From the NCBI GenBank assembly GCA_963761305.1, contig CAVXGK010000001.1, positions 1,344,001-1,408,000 of the forward strand: DNA of 64,000 nt, given 5' to 3'. This DNA is from an uncultured Gemmatimonadaceae bacterium. Lineage in GTDB: Bacteria > Gemmatimonadota > Gemmatimonadetes > Gemmatimonadales > Gemmatimonadaceae. Below the pieces are notes generated by a model that was not told the origin of the DNA, searched no databases, and worked only from the letters and a program-made list of their open reading frames with translations. The position numbers and the translations under genes were made by a program. Shown here one piece after another: positions 34,229-46,251 of the stretch. Position 1 is the first letter of the stretch. Each line of letters starts with the position of its first letter.

Positions 34229-35413
34229 TTAGTCCGCCGCCTCCGTTCCGAAATCGAATCCCGGAACCGAGATCCGCGGAATTGGCTGGCCGATCACGCG
34301 CTCGATCAGTCGCACCATCGCGATCTCGTCGGGCGACATGAACGTGAAGGCATCGCCTTCCTTCGCCGCGCGACCCGTGCGGCCGATGCGGTGGACGTAG
34401 TCTTCGGCCTGTTGGGGCACGTCGTAGTTGATGACGTGCGTGATGCCGGAGATGTCGAGACCGCGCTGCGCGATGTCGGTCGCCACGAGCACTCGCACTC
34501 GTCCGCTCCTGAAGTCCTCGAGCGCCCGCGCGCGTTGCGGCTGCGTCTTGTCGGCGTGCAACGCCGCCGACTCGATGCCGTCTCGCTCGAGATGCCGCAC
34601 GACGCGGTCGGCGCCGTGCTTCGTGCGCGTGAACACGAGCACCGAATCGAGCTGGTCTTGTCGCAGAAGACACGCGAGGAGCGCGCTCTTTCGTTCGCGG
34701 GGGACCGGGTACACCGCGTGCGATACGGTGTTAGCCGCCTGTGAGCGACGCCCCACCTGCACGACGACCGGCTTGCGAAGATACTTCCGCGCCAGCGCTT
34801 CGACTTCCGGCGGCATCGTCGCGCTGAACAACAGCGTTTGGCGATAGCTCGGAATCTGCCCGACGATCCGGTTGATCTGCGGCGCGAAGCCCATGTCGAG
34901 CATGCGGTCCGCTTCGTCGAGCACCAGCACCTCGAGATCGTCGAACACGACGTTCTGCCGCTCGAGGTGATCGATCAGCCGCCCGGGCGTCGCGACGACG
35001 ATGTCGACGCCGGCGCGCAGTCGCTTCTGCTGCGGCTCGATCGGCACGCCGCCGTACACCGTTGCCGCGCCCAGCTCCGCGTGTCGCGCGTACTTTCGCA
35101 CGCTCTCCTCGACCTGGACGCACAGCTCGCGAGTCGGCGTGAGCACGAGGGCTCGCGTACGACGTGGTCCGTTGAGGAGTCGATCGACGATGGGGAGTGT
35201 GAACGCGGCCGTCTTGCCGGTTCCGGTTTGCGCGAGTCCCATCACGTCGCGCCCTTTGAGAATCAGCGGGATCGCCTGTGCCTGGATCGGCGTCGGATGT
35301 TGGTATCCCGCGTCGCGGACCGCGCTCAGCGCTTCCGCCGACAGCCCGAGCTCGTCGAATGACCGAGTCTCGGCGGCTGCCTCCTGCTCTACTTCAGTTG
35401 TGTGTGTTGCCAT
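34229..35413 (-). CDS. rhlE: DEAD-box RNA helicase, RhlE-like
   Basis: Q motif PTPIQ, AQTGTGKT, PTREL, TPGRL, DEAD, SAT, HRIGRTGRA. Confidence 0.9.
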   Translation of the reverse strand: MATHTTEVEQEAAAETRSFDELGLSAEALSAVRDAGYQHPTPIQAQAIPLILKGRDVMGLAQTGTGKTAAFTLPIVDRLLNGPRRTRALVLTPTRELCVQVEESVRKYARHAELGAATVYGGVPIEPQQKRLRAGVDIVVATPGRLIDHLERQNVVFDDLEVLVLDEADRMLDMGFAPQINRIVGQIPSYRQTLLFSATMPPEVEALARKYLRKPVVVQVGRRSQAANTVSHAVYPVPRERKSALLACLLRQDQLDSVLVFTRTKHGADRVVRHLERDGIESAALHADKTQPQRARALEDFRSGRVRVLVATDIAQRGLDISGITHVINYDVPQQAEDYVHRIGRTGRAAKEGDAFTFMSPDEIAMVRLIERVIGQPIPRISVPGFDFGTEAAD

Positions 35414-35676
35414 GGGTTCCATTGATGTCGCACCGGGGCCGCGCAACCCGGGGCCTTCCCGGGACCGGTGCTTCTACTCGTGCCGGCACTTTGCCGGCTC
35501 TGCATCACGGAGCTGCCAGCTCCGAGAAAGCGAGGGGCGTTGCGGCCCGCGCACGTTTCGCACTCAATGCACGTCGCTCCCCGCCGCCGCGACGGTCCTG
35601 GCGGCCTCCCAGGTTTTCGGGAGACCCCGGCCGCGGCACTGCTGATTAACAATTTAACTCGTTATCAGACTTAGCG

Positions 35677-36561
35677 CTAGCCAACGTTACGCACTCGATT
35701 CAGAAAAGAAGCGACGAGCTGAAGTGTTTCGTCGGGTCTCTCCTCGTGCGCCACGTGTCCGGTGTCCAACTTGTGTACCGTCCCCCCCGGAATCGCGGCC
35801 GCGGCAGCACCTGCGTCTCGTATCAGACGATCCTTCCGGCCGAGTATCACCTCACTCGGTACCGCCAGACGCGCTAATTGCGACTCGGCGAGCGGTCTCC
35901 AGTCGAATTCTTCCGCCGACGCCCGCGCGGCGAGGGAAAAGCCGGGCAACTGCGTCGGTGCCCAGTATTCGTCGATGTCGCGCCTTTCGACCCGGGACGC
36001 GTCCGAATAGGCGAGATGGCGGAGGATCCACGCAGCCATCGCGCGCGGAACGAGCCACCTGTCGCCCACGGCCGCGAGCGAGCGCGGCATCAACCGCGGC
36101 AAACTGAGGAACGAGACCCGCACGAGCCCCGTCGGGCAAATCAGGACGAGGCCGCGCAGGCGCTCCGGTCGCGCCAGGGCGTACGCCAGCGCGATGCCGC
36201 CGCCCATCGAATGCCCCACGAGCACGACGCGCCGCAACGACAGCTCGTCGAGCAGCGCGTCGAGATCGGCGACGTACGCGTCGAGCGTGTACGAGTCGCG
36301 AGCGCCCGGCTTGTCCGACAACCCGAAGCCGCGGAGGTCCACCGCGAAACAGCGTGCGCCCAGCGCGGGCAGCGACTCGAGCTCGTGCCGGAACGAGTAC
36401 GCCGACGCGACCCATCCGTGCAGCATCACGACGTCGATGTCGCCACCGGCTCCGCTTTCGAGTATTCGAACGCGCGTTTGTGTGATGAGGGTCACAAAAC
36501 GAACGGCGATGTTCTCGTGACCGGCCGGAAACATCTCGGCCGGGGACAGCGGGCGCGTCAC
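35677..36561 (-). CDS. Alpha/beta-fold hydrolase
   Basis: LHGW, DLRGFGLS, GHSMGG, GHVAHEE. Confidence 0.88.
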   Translation of the reverse strand: MTRPLSPAEMFPAGHENIAVRFVTLITQTRVRILESGAGGDIDVVMLHGWVASAYSFRHELESLPALGARCFAVDLRGFGLSDKPGARDSYTLDAYVADLDALLDELSLRRVVLVGHSMGGGIALAYALARPERLRGLVLICPTGLVRVSFLSLPRLMPRSLAAVGDRWLVPRAMAAWILRHLAYSDASRVERRDIDEYWAPTQLPGFSLAARASAEEFDWRPLAESQLARLAVPSEVILGRKDRLIRDAGAAAAAIPGGTVHKLDTGHVAHEERPDETLQLVASFLNRVRNVG

Positions 36562-37739
36562 ACGAGCTCGATCGTTCGTCCCGCGATCCGGCCGATGAGG
36601 CCGAGTCGGAAGGTCACGTCGGTCCAGCGCTCGTCGCCGGCCAGATGATCCTCGAGCGGATACAGCGGCCAGAGATAGGGATTCGAGCTGCGCACGGCGG
36701 ACATTCCCTTGTGCGGATGCCAGACGCCGTGCTCGTCACGATCGTCGAGGAACCGATCGTAGAGCTTGCTCCAGTTTTCGTTGCGGCGGAGATATCCGAG
36801 CCGCGCCATCAGCTCGAGCCACGTGATCGCGAACGCCACGTCGTCGTCGGCGGCGTTGCGATTCGGCAGCATGTCGCCGAGGATCAACTGCGGCTGCGGG
36901 ATCGGCTTTTTTCCGACCAGCTGCAAGCCTTCCTGCCGGGGCAACGGTTGCGACAAATGCTGATAGATGGCCGCCATTGCGTCGTGATGCTCGGTGCGGA
37001 AGAGCGGCATGTACGCCAGCATGAACAGCAGATGGATCGACGGCGGCGCGGCCTCGGCGGCGAGCACATGCTGATTGCCGAACCGAATGAACGGCTTCTG
37101 CGCGAGTGGAGAGCGAATGTATGCGACGGTGCGCTCGAGAATTCGCCGCGCCGCGCCGCGAAGACGCGGATCACCCTCGTAGCCGGCTTGTGCGAGCGCG
37201 GCCGCCGCCGCCTCTCGAAGAGTCGCGCGCGAACGGCGCGCGAGATCTTCGTCGATCGTTCCTTTGCTACCGAATTCGAACAGGTATTCCGGATCGTCGT
37301 CTTCGGCGAGCAAGCGAAAGAGAATTCGTCGCGCGTGCGTGAGCGGCGGCGTGTCTTTGTCCCATCCGTACTCGAGCAAGCGACGCACGGCGGTGATGGT
37401 GCCGATGCCGTCGAAGTGCTCTCCCCGAGCCGATGGGATCGAGAGCATCGCGTGATTCCACGTGCCGTCGACCTGCTGCATCAGAGCCAACGTCAATGCC
37501 GGTTCGTACGTAAACGGGAGTGACGCAACCTGCTCGGCGATCACGCCGGACGGTTTTGCGACTTCCGTCACAGATCGGAACTTGATCGGCGCCGACGCGT
37601 GCTCGAGGAGCCACGTGATCGGAAACGAAATCGGAGGTGACGGGGGCGCCGCAGCCGGAGTCAGTGCCGTTGCGGATGACGGAAGCGGCGCTGCTGGGGT
37701 GGTACTCGACGAAGGCGAGGTGGGCGGCGGCAGAGTCAC
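36558..37739 (-). CDS. Hypothetical protein, possibly alpha/alpha-barrel (prenyltransferase-like repeats)
   Basis: 393-aa helical ORF; QQVDGTW and RDEHGVW resemble QW repeats; GTGA overlap with downstream gene. Confidence 0.6.
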   Translation of the reverse strand: MTLPPPTSPSSSTTPAAPLPSSATALTPAAAPPSPPISFPITWLLEHASAPIKFRSVTEVAKPSGVIAEQVASLPFTYEPALTLALMQQVDGTWNHAMLSIPSARGEHFDGIGTITAVRRLLEYGWDKDTPPLTHARRILFRLLAEDDDPEYLFEFGSKGTIDEDLARRSRATLREAAAAALAQAGYEGDPRLRGAARRILERTVAYIRSPLAQKPFIRFGNQHVLAAEAAPPSIHLLFMLAYMPLFRTEHHDAMAAIYQHLSQPLPRQEGLQLVGKKPIPQPQLILGDMLPNRNAADDDVAFAITWLELMARLGYLRRNENWSKLYDRFLDDRDEHGVWHPHKGMSAVRSSNPYLWPLYPLEDHLAGDERWTDVTFRLGLIGRIAGRTIELV

Positions 37740-38012
37740 GAGGTCGCTCGGTCCGAGCCTGCAGTACCCGGCCAGCTTCGGCGCTGGTGAACGAGAATCA
37801 TCCTGCGTCAGGGCGGGTAAGGATAGCAGGTTTGAGTTTTTGCGCTAGAGGGCGTCAACTAACGTGTTGCGCTCAAATTGGTTGTCGATGCGAGGGATCA
37901 GGGCGCAACCCATGCTGATGTCGCAATCCTGTCGCAAGGAAGTTTGTACACGCAGGAACGCAGGCTGATGCACGCACGGCGGTATCTCCAACAACTCTTT
38001 GGGGGCAGAAAC

Positions 38013-38372
38013 ATGAAGACGATGACCCGGATGGCGATGATGGCGGCCGTGATGTTCTTGGCCGTGGCAAGCGTCGGTCAGGCGCAGGGTGGCGGGCGCG
38101 GCAACAACCGCATCGACGGGGTTCTCAAGGATTCGCTGAAGGTCTCGGACGCGATCCTCGCGAAGGCCGACTCGATCCAGAAGAAGTACGCCGAGGAGAT
38201 GCAGCCGCTCATGCAGGCGATGCGCGGCGGCGATGCTGATGCGCGTACGAAAATGACCGAAATCCGCGCCAAGCAGACGACCGACATCAAGGCGCTGCTC
38301 ACGGCCGACCAGGCCGCGCAGTTCGACAAGATCATGGCCGCGATGCCGCAGGGCCGCCGCGGCGGTCAGTAA
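38013..38372 (+). CDS. Small periplasmic helical protein, Spy/CpxP-like
   Basis: Signal peptide; IKALLTADQAAQFDK (LTxxQ motif); Gly/Arg-rich ends. Confidence 0.7.
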   Translation: MKTMTRMAMMAAVMFLAVASVGQAQGGGRGNNRIDGVLKDSLKVSDAILAKADSIQKKYAEEMQPLMQAMRGGDADARTKMTEIRAKQTTDIKALLTADQAAQFDKIMAAMPQGRRGGQ

Positions 38373-38397
38373 CTGATCGCATAGCAGTCGAACCACG

Positions 38398-38434
38398 AAA
38401 GCGCGGGCCGTCGCAACGACGGCCCGCGTTTTTT
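38398..38434 (+). terminator. Intrinsic terminator
   Basis: GCGCGGGCCGTCG-CAA-CGACGGCCCGCG-TTTTTT. Confidence 0.9.
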
Positions 38435-38506
38435 TACGGGATGGATTACTGGCATTCTCAAACCGCGCCGAGCATCTTCTCCGCCCCATGAAAGACGGGC
38501 GAACGC

Positions 38507-39325
38507 GTGCGCGGTGAGTTCATCGATCTGTCGGGCGCGCGTCTGTACTACTACGCCGCCGGCACGCGTGGCTCGGGCAATCCTGTCGTCTTCATTCACG
38601 GATTCCCCACGTCGGGCCATCTGTGGAGCGACGTCGTGCCGCTCATGCCGTCCGGCCACCGGCTCGTCGTGCTCGATCTCCTCGGCTACGGGCGCAGCGA
38701 CCGCCCTCTCTCGCGCGGCGTCGACGCAACGGCGCACGCCGATCGCGTCGTCGCCCTGCTCGACGAGCTGCGCATCGATCGCGCCTGCCTCGTCGGCCAC
38801 GGATTCGGTGGCGGCGTCGCCCAGTCGGTCGCCGTGCGGTACCCGCGCCGCGTGTCGCACCTCTGTCTCGTCGACAGCATCGGCTTCGACCGCTGGCCGA
38901 TCGCCCGTCTTCGCGTGTCGCGCGCAATGCTGCCGCTCGCGCCGATCATGCCGCCGTCGTTCGTTCTCTCGCGCCTTCGGCACGAGGTGGAACGCGGTTT
39001 CGGCGACCGCCTGCGCGCCGCGCGCTCGATCGATCTCTACGTGCGGCCGTTCGCCGGGCCGGAGGGAATGCAGGCGCTCGCCGCGCACATTAGAGGAATC
39101 TCAATCGCGGAGCGCGACGTCCAGTCCCGGCTCTCGTCGCTCGACGTTCCGGCCGCCGTCGTCTGGGGCCGTCGGGACCGGGTGCTGCCGCTCGACACGG
39201 GAAAGCTGCTCGCGCGCCAGATTCCGCACGCGACGCTCGACGTGATCGACGACGGCCATCATTTCACGCCGGAAGAAACGCCGCGCCAGGTCGCCGACGC
39301 GATCGCGACGCTGCTTCGCCGGTAA
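38507..39325 (+). CDS. Alpha/beta-fold hydrolase homologue with Gly at the nucleophile position
   Basis: HGFP, DLLGYGRSD, GHGFGG elbow, WGRRD, GHHFTPEE. Confidence 0.82.
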   Translation: MRGEFIDLSGARLYYYAAGTRGSGNPVVFIHGFPTSGHLWSDVVPLMPSGHRLVVLDLLGYGRSDRPLSRGVDATAHADRVVALLDELRIDRACLVGHGFGGGVAQSVAVRYPRRVSHLCLVDSIGFDRWPIARLRVSRAMLPLAPIMPPSFVLSRLRHEVERGFGDRLRAARSIDLYVRPFAGPEGMQALAAHIRGISIAERDVQSRLSSLDVPAAVVWGRRDRVLPLDTGKLLARQIPHATLDVIDDGHHFTPEETPRQVADAIATLLRR

Positions 39326-39328
39326 GGC

Positions 39329-41347
<2,019 letters not shown>

Positions 41348-41353
41348 ACCGGT

Positions 41354-43312
41354 TTAGCGAGCCGCCGAGGGGCGAGCCTGTTTCGTCCCCGTGGTGCGCA
41401 TTTCGTCGGCCACGTAGAGCGCGGTGTCGACGCTGTCGGCGAGATTCAGCGCGTCCATCGCCAGCGACGTGATGTGTTGTGGCGTCTGCGAGCCGGCGCT
41501 GAGCCGAATCAAATCGAGCTTGATGTTCTGCAGCGCGACGAGGCACGTCTCGAGCTTCGCGGCGATCGTGCCCCGCTTGGCCGAGACTTCGGCGATCGCG
41601 CGCCGCTGCCGCTTGAGGAACGCGAGCCGGCGCACCCGCTCGTCGCTGCCGCTCTCGTCGAGCGGATTCGCCGCGCTCTCGAGGCGCGAGATCTCCGCCT
41701 CGAGCGCTTCCGATCCGCCGGCCGCCGCGCTGCGATCGATGTCGCCGAGCGCGAGCGCCAGGTTTCTCACGCGGTCGGCGAGCGCGCTCGCCGACCGGCC
41801 AACATCGGGAATGCGCTGACGCTCCGATGACGGCATGCGCTCGAGCAGCGCGAGGATTTCGTTCCGGTCGCGCTCAGCGCGATGAATGCGGTCGCCGAAG
41901 TTCCCCGCGGCGCGCGCGACGTCGTCGGTCGCGATCGGCGGAAGCTGCGGCGCAGAGCTCGTTCCCTGCACATACGTGGGACGCGAGATCCGATTGCGCC
42001 GCTGTTCGCGCAGCGCGCGGCGCTTGTCACGGTTGAACATCGACCGCACGTACGTAACCGCGTCCTCGGCGACATCGACCAGGTCGCGATCGCGAGGCTG
42101 ACGAAACACGTCGCGCCAGTCGTAGCCGTCGGACCAGAGGCGCGAGTAGCGGAACGCCATGAAGATGGTCCAGATCACCGGGATGAAGAGCAGGTCCCGG
42201 CCGGCGACCACGTCGAGCACGACGAGCACACCGTTGATGAACAGATATGGAGCGACCTTCTTGCGGAACCTCACGACCTCCGGCGCTTCCCACCGACGGT
42301 ACTCGTCGGGCGTCGGAACCTGCTGCGCGTACGACGGCTGCTGTGCCGCCGACGGATACGACGCGGACGAGGGAGCGGCCGGACCACTTGCCGCGGGAGC
42401 CGTGTTGGCGACCGCCAACCCCCCGCTGCTCGAGAACGTCGGCAGCTTCCCCGTGTCGAGCGCGACAACGACGGAGCCGGCCGACGGGAATCGGTTCGCC
42501 GGATCCTTCTCGAGCAACTGCATGATGACGCGCGCGAGATCCGGCGGAACGTCGGATCGCCGCTGCTCGATCGGCACGGGGCGCTCCGAAATGTGCTTCA
42601 CGAGAACGGCCGGCGTGCTGTTCGCGATGAACGGCGGTTCACCGCTGAGCATCTGGTAGCCCAGAATCCCGAGCGAATACAGGTCGCTGCGCCCATCGAT
42701 GGCGCGTTCGCCGGCCGCCTGCTCCGGACTCATGTAGGTCGGTGTGCCAATCGCGATGCCAGTCGCGGTGAGACGCGTTTCCCCTTCGCTGACCGCGCGC
42801 GCGATGCCGAAGTCGGTCACCATCGGACGTCCGCTGTCGGCGTCGATCAGAATGTTGTCCGGCTTGATGTCGCGATGGATGACGCCGCGCTCGTGGGCGT
42901 AGGCGAGGGCGTCGGCCACGTCGCGAAGGATTCGTCTTGTTTGATCGATCGGCAGCGCGCCGTGCTCGTGGAGCAGCTTGGCGACGTTGTCCCCGGTGAT
43001 GTAGGCCATCACGAAGAACACGATCCCGCCCGCTTCGTCGACCGCGTAGATATCGACGATGTTCGGATGATTCAGCTGCGCGGCCATCTCGGCTTCGCGC
43101 AGGAACCGGGTTTTGATTTCGCTGCGGAACGCCAATTCCGGCGGCAATACTTTGATGGCGACCGTGCGCTTCAAGCGGCGATCTTTGGCGCGGTAGACGA
43201 CCCCCATGCCGCCGCGCCCAATCTCGCTGTCCAGCTCGTAATGGGTACTAAGCGCCCGCTCGACGAGCGAGCGGAGCTCCGTATCCGTTTGCGGTGAAAC
43301 GGGCTCGGACAA
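41354..43312 (-). CDS. Hanks-type Ser/Thr kinase, paralogue of the downstream gene
   Basis: IGRGGMG, VAIK, HRDIKPDN, TDFG, GTPTYMSPEQ; same 2TM plus helical tail. Confidence 0.92.
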   Translation of the reverse strand: MSEPVSPQTDTELRSLVERALSTHYELDSEIGRGGMGVVYRAKDRRLKRTVAIKVLPPELAFRSEIKTRFLREAEMAAQLNHPNIVDIYAVDEAGGIVFFVMAYITGDNVAKLLHEHGALPIDQTRRILRDVADALAYAHERGVIHRDIKPDNILIDADSGRPMVTDFGIARAVSEGETRLTATGIAIGTPTYMSPEQAAGERAIDGRSDLYSLGILGYQMLSGEPPFIANSTPAVLVKHISERPVPIEQRRSDVPPDLARVIMQLLEKDPANRFPSAGSVVVALDTGKLPTFSSSGGLAVANTAPAASGPAAPSSASYPSAAQQPSYAQQVPTPDEYRRWEAPEVVRFRKKVAPYLFINGVLVVLDVVAGRDLLFIPVIWTIFMAFRYSRLWSDGYDWRDVFRQPRDRDLVDVAEDAVTYVRSMFNRDKRRALREQRRNRISRPTYVQGTSSAPQLPPIATDDVARAAGNFGDRIHRAERDRNEILALLERMPSSERQRIPDVGRSASALADRVRNLALALGDIDRSAAAGGSEALEAEISRLESAANPLDESGSDERVRRLAFLKRQRRAIAEVSAKRGTIAAKLETCLVALQNIKLDLIRLSAGSQTPQHITSLAMDALNLADSVDTALYVADEMRTTGTKQARPSAAR

Positions 43313-43587
43313 GCGTTTAGCTCGCTTTAGCGGGGCTAAGGGGTTGTGTGGCGGTGACGCAGTTTAGCATACGTCGAAACTTCCGGAAAGATTAGACGGG
43401 TTCATACGCCGGAGCGGCAGTCATCGTACCCGATTCTTGTCTCAAATGCGACAGAACGCACACCTGACGCTGCCACCGTGACGGAGATCCAAAGCGCGCG
43501 GCATGCATTGTGGAATGCCGTGTGCGACCATGGGGCTAGCCCCCCAGTGTCGCTAGTTGCACGTTCCCATTTCCGACCAGGCACCAA

Positions 43588-46173
43588 ATGGCAACTCGCC
43601 AGACGCTTCCTGTCCTGCCCCTCCGTGGGACGGTCATCTTCCCAGGCCTGACGGCGCCAATCGCCGCCGGCCGGCCGGGGACACTTCGGGCCATCGAGTC
43701 CGCCCTAAAGGGCGAGCGGCTCGTTTTTGCCGTCGCCCAGCGCGACAACACGGACGAGCCCGCTCCGGATATCCTCTACTCCATGGGCGTCATCGCCCGG
43801 ATTGGACAGATCCAACGTGGCCTCGGCGGGGTTCAGCTCCTGCTGCAAGGTGAGCAGCGCGCCACGTCGCTCCAGTTCAACAACACCGAGGGCTTCCTCA
43901 GCGCGGTCGTGATGCCGGTCGAAGAGATGAAACCGGTGAACGAAAACGACCCGGCCTTCGTCGCGCTCCATAAAGAGCTCCGCGAGCGCGCGGCCGAATT
44001 GGGCGAGCGTCGCGGACTTCCCGAGGAAGTCGTACACCAGGTGCTCGACGCGGTTACCGATCCGGGCCGCTTCGCCGACCTCGTCGCCGGTTACATCGAA
44101 GTGCCGCCCGCCGAAAAGCAGGGACTCCTCGAAACGCTGAGCGTCGAAGAGCGGCTGCGTCGCGTCCTCGTCCAGGTCCAGAAGCAGATCGGCATGCTCG
44201 AGGCGCAGGAAGAGATCAAGTCGCAGGTCCAGGAAGAGCTCGGCGAGCGCCAGCGCGAGATGTATCTGCGCGAGCAGATGAAGGCGATCCAGAAAGAGCT
44301 CGGCGACGGCGACGAATCGAAGGAGATCAGCGATCTCCGCGAAAAGCTCGACAAGCTCGAGCTGCCCAAGGAGGCTCGCCAGGAAGTCGAGCGCGAGCTC
44401 GGACGTCTCGAGCGCTCGGGCCGTGAGTCGATGGAGGCGCAGGTCATCCGCACGTACCTCGAGTGGGTGGCCGAGCTGCCGTGGAACGAACGATCGGACG
44501 ACAACCTCGACCTCGTTCGCGCGCAAACCGTGCTCGACGAGGACCACTACGGGTTGCCGGACGTGAAGGATCGCGTGCTCGAGTTCCTCGCCGTGCGCCA
44601 GTTGCGCGCGCAGCAGATGGAGGACGAGCTCAAGCAGACCGGCGAGATGTCGATCGCCAAGCTCAAGGCCACGAAGGAAGACGCGACGCCTCAACTCGCG
44701 GGCATGCACGCCGGCGAGCGTCAGATCACCGACGCCAAGGAAGCCAAGGCCCGCGCCATGGCCAAGGGTCCGATCCTTCTCTTCGTCGGACCGCCGGGCG
44801 TCGGCAAGACGTCGATCGCCAAGTCGATCGCGCGATCGCTCGGGCGTCAGTACGTGCGCGTGTCGCTCGGCGGCGCGCGCGACGAAGCCGACATCCGCGG
44901 CCATCGACGCACGTACGTCGGAGCGATGCCCGGCAGAATCATTCAAGGCATGAAGCAGGCGGGCACCAAGAATCCGATATTCCTGCTCGACGAAGTCGAC
45001 AAGCTCGGCATCTCGTTCCAGGGAGATCCGGCGAGCGCGCTGCTCGAGGTGCTCGACCCGGCGCAGAACGACAACTTCACCGACCACTACCTCGGCGTGC
45101 CGTTCGATCTCAGCGAGGTGCTGTTCGTCGCAACGGCGAACTTCATCCAGAACATTCCGGGACCGCTGCTCGACCGCATGGAGGTCGTGGAGTTCGCGGG
45201 CTACACGGAACGGGAGAAGGCGGAGATCGCGAAGAAGTATTTGATTCCGCGCCAGATCGAGGAGTCGGGGCTCGCGGGGAAGAACGTCGCGCTCACCGAC
45301 GACGCGGTCGCGGCGATCATCAGCAAGTACACGCGCGAGGCGGGCGTTCGCCAACTCGAGCGCCAGGTCGGCGCGGTGGCGCGCAAGGTCGCGCGAAAGA
45401 TCGCCGCCGGTGACACGAAGATGGTCGCCGACGGAAAGATCGACGCCGAGGAGGTGCGGACCCTGCTCGGACGTCCGCGCGTCCACCCGGAGCGCGCCGC
45501 CGAGGAGAACGAGGTGGGCGTGGCGACGGGCATGTACTACACGCCCGCCGGCGGCGACATCATGTTCGTCGAAGCGTCGATCCGCCGGATGTTCGGCGCG
45601 GGCCAACGCTCCACCGACGACGAGCGCACGCAGGTGAGCGGCTGGGGCAACGTGTCGCTCATTCTCACGGGCCAACTCGGCGACGTGATGAAGGAGTCGG
45701 CGCGCGCGGCGATGACGTTTGCCGCGACGCATGCCTCGAAGCTTCAGATCCCGGAGGATCGCCTCGGTTCGATCGAGGTGCACATCCACGTGCCGGCAGG
45801 CGCGATTCCGAAGGACGGTCCGTCGGCCGGCGTCACGATGTCGACGGCGCTGGTGAGCGCGATGTCGGGACGACCCGTTCGCAAGGACGTGGCGATGACG
45901 GGCGAGATTACGCTCCGCGGCCGCGTTCTTCCGATCGGCGGCGTGAAGGAAAAGGTGCTCGGCGCCCACCGAGCCGGAATCTCCACGATCATTCTCCCAA
46001 AGGACAATGAGGCGGACATGGAGGACATTCCGGAGGACGTGCGCAGCCAACTCGAGTTCCACTGCGTGGCGACGCTCGACGAGGTGTTCGCGATCGCCCT
46101 GCTGCCGGCCGCCGCGACGGCGTCGTCAGCCGCCCCCGCACTTATGGAAGCGGACACGGCTAAGGTCGCTTAA
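43588..46173 (+). CDS. lon: Lon protease (endopeptidase La)
   Basis: LPVLPLR N-domain, GPPGVGKT, RGHRRTYVGAMPG, LLDEVDK, PKDGPSAG (Ser), GGVKEK (Lys). Confidence 0.97.
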   Translation: MATRQTLPVLPLRGTVIFPGLTAPIAAGRPGTLRAIESALKGERLVFAVAQRDNTDEPAPDILYSMGVIARIGQIQRGLGGVQLLLQGEQRATSLQFNNTEGFLSAVVMPVEEMKPVNENDPAFVALHKELRERAAELGERRGLPEEVVHQVLDAVTDPGRFADLVAGYIEVPPAEKQGLLETLSVEERLRRVLVQVQKQIGMLEAQEEIKSQVQEELGERQREMYLREQMKAIQKELGDGDESKEISDLREKLDKLELPKEARQEVERELGRLERSGRESMEAQVIRTYLEWVAELPWNERSDDNLDLVRAQTVLDEDHYGLPDVKDRVLEFLAVRQLRAQQMEDELKQTGEMSIAKLKATKEDATPQLAGMHAGERQITDAKEAKARAMAKGPILLFVGPPGVGKTSIAKSIARSLGRQYVRVSLGGARDEADIRGHRRTYVGAMPGRIIQGMKQAGTKNPIFLLDEVDKLGISFQGDPASALLEVLDPAQNDNFTDHYLGVPFDLSEVLFVATANFIQNIPGPLLDRMEVVEFAGYTEREKAEIAKKYLIPRQIEESGLAGKNVALTDDAVAAIISKYTREAGVRQLERQVGAVARKVARKIAAGDTKMVADGKIDAEEVRTLLGRPRVHPERAAEENEVGVATGMYYTPAGGDIMFVEASIRRMFGAGQRSTDDERTQVSGWGNVSLILTGQLGDVMKESARAAMTFAATHASKLQIPEDRLGSIEVHIHVPAGAIPKDGPSAGVTMSTALVSAMSGRPVRKDVAMTGEITLRGRVLPIGGVKEKVLGAHRAGISTIILPKDNEADMEDIPEDVRSQLEFHCVATLDEVFAIALLPAAATASSAAPALMEADTAKVA

Positions 46174-46189
46174 AGAGGTCGCAAAGACC

Positions 46190-46233
46190 GCGAGCCGGTG
46201 GCTGGGCGCAATCGCCCCGGTCACCGGCTTCGC
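46190..46233 (+). terminator. GC-rich hairpin after lon (terminator or REP-like)
   Basis: GCGAGCCGGTGGCTGGGCG-CAAT-CGCCCCGGTCACCGGCTTCGC; no U-tract. Confidence 0.45.
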
Positions 46234-46251
46234 ATGGGGATCGCGTACTGT

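Noticed and set aside
43313..43587. CIRCE or other heat-shock operator upstream of lon
   Set aside because: No TTAGCACTC-N9-GAGTGCTAA; only short GC-rich palindromes that could be chance
43705..46062. Long antisense or alternate-frame ORFs (also 9088..11184, 12501..14771, 13046..15289, 39560..41830, 58342..60795)
   Set aside because: Arg/Ala-rich, motif-less shadows of clear genes; expected in high-GC DNA where off-frame stops are rare
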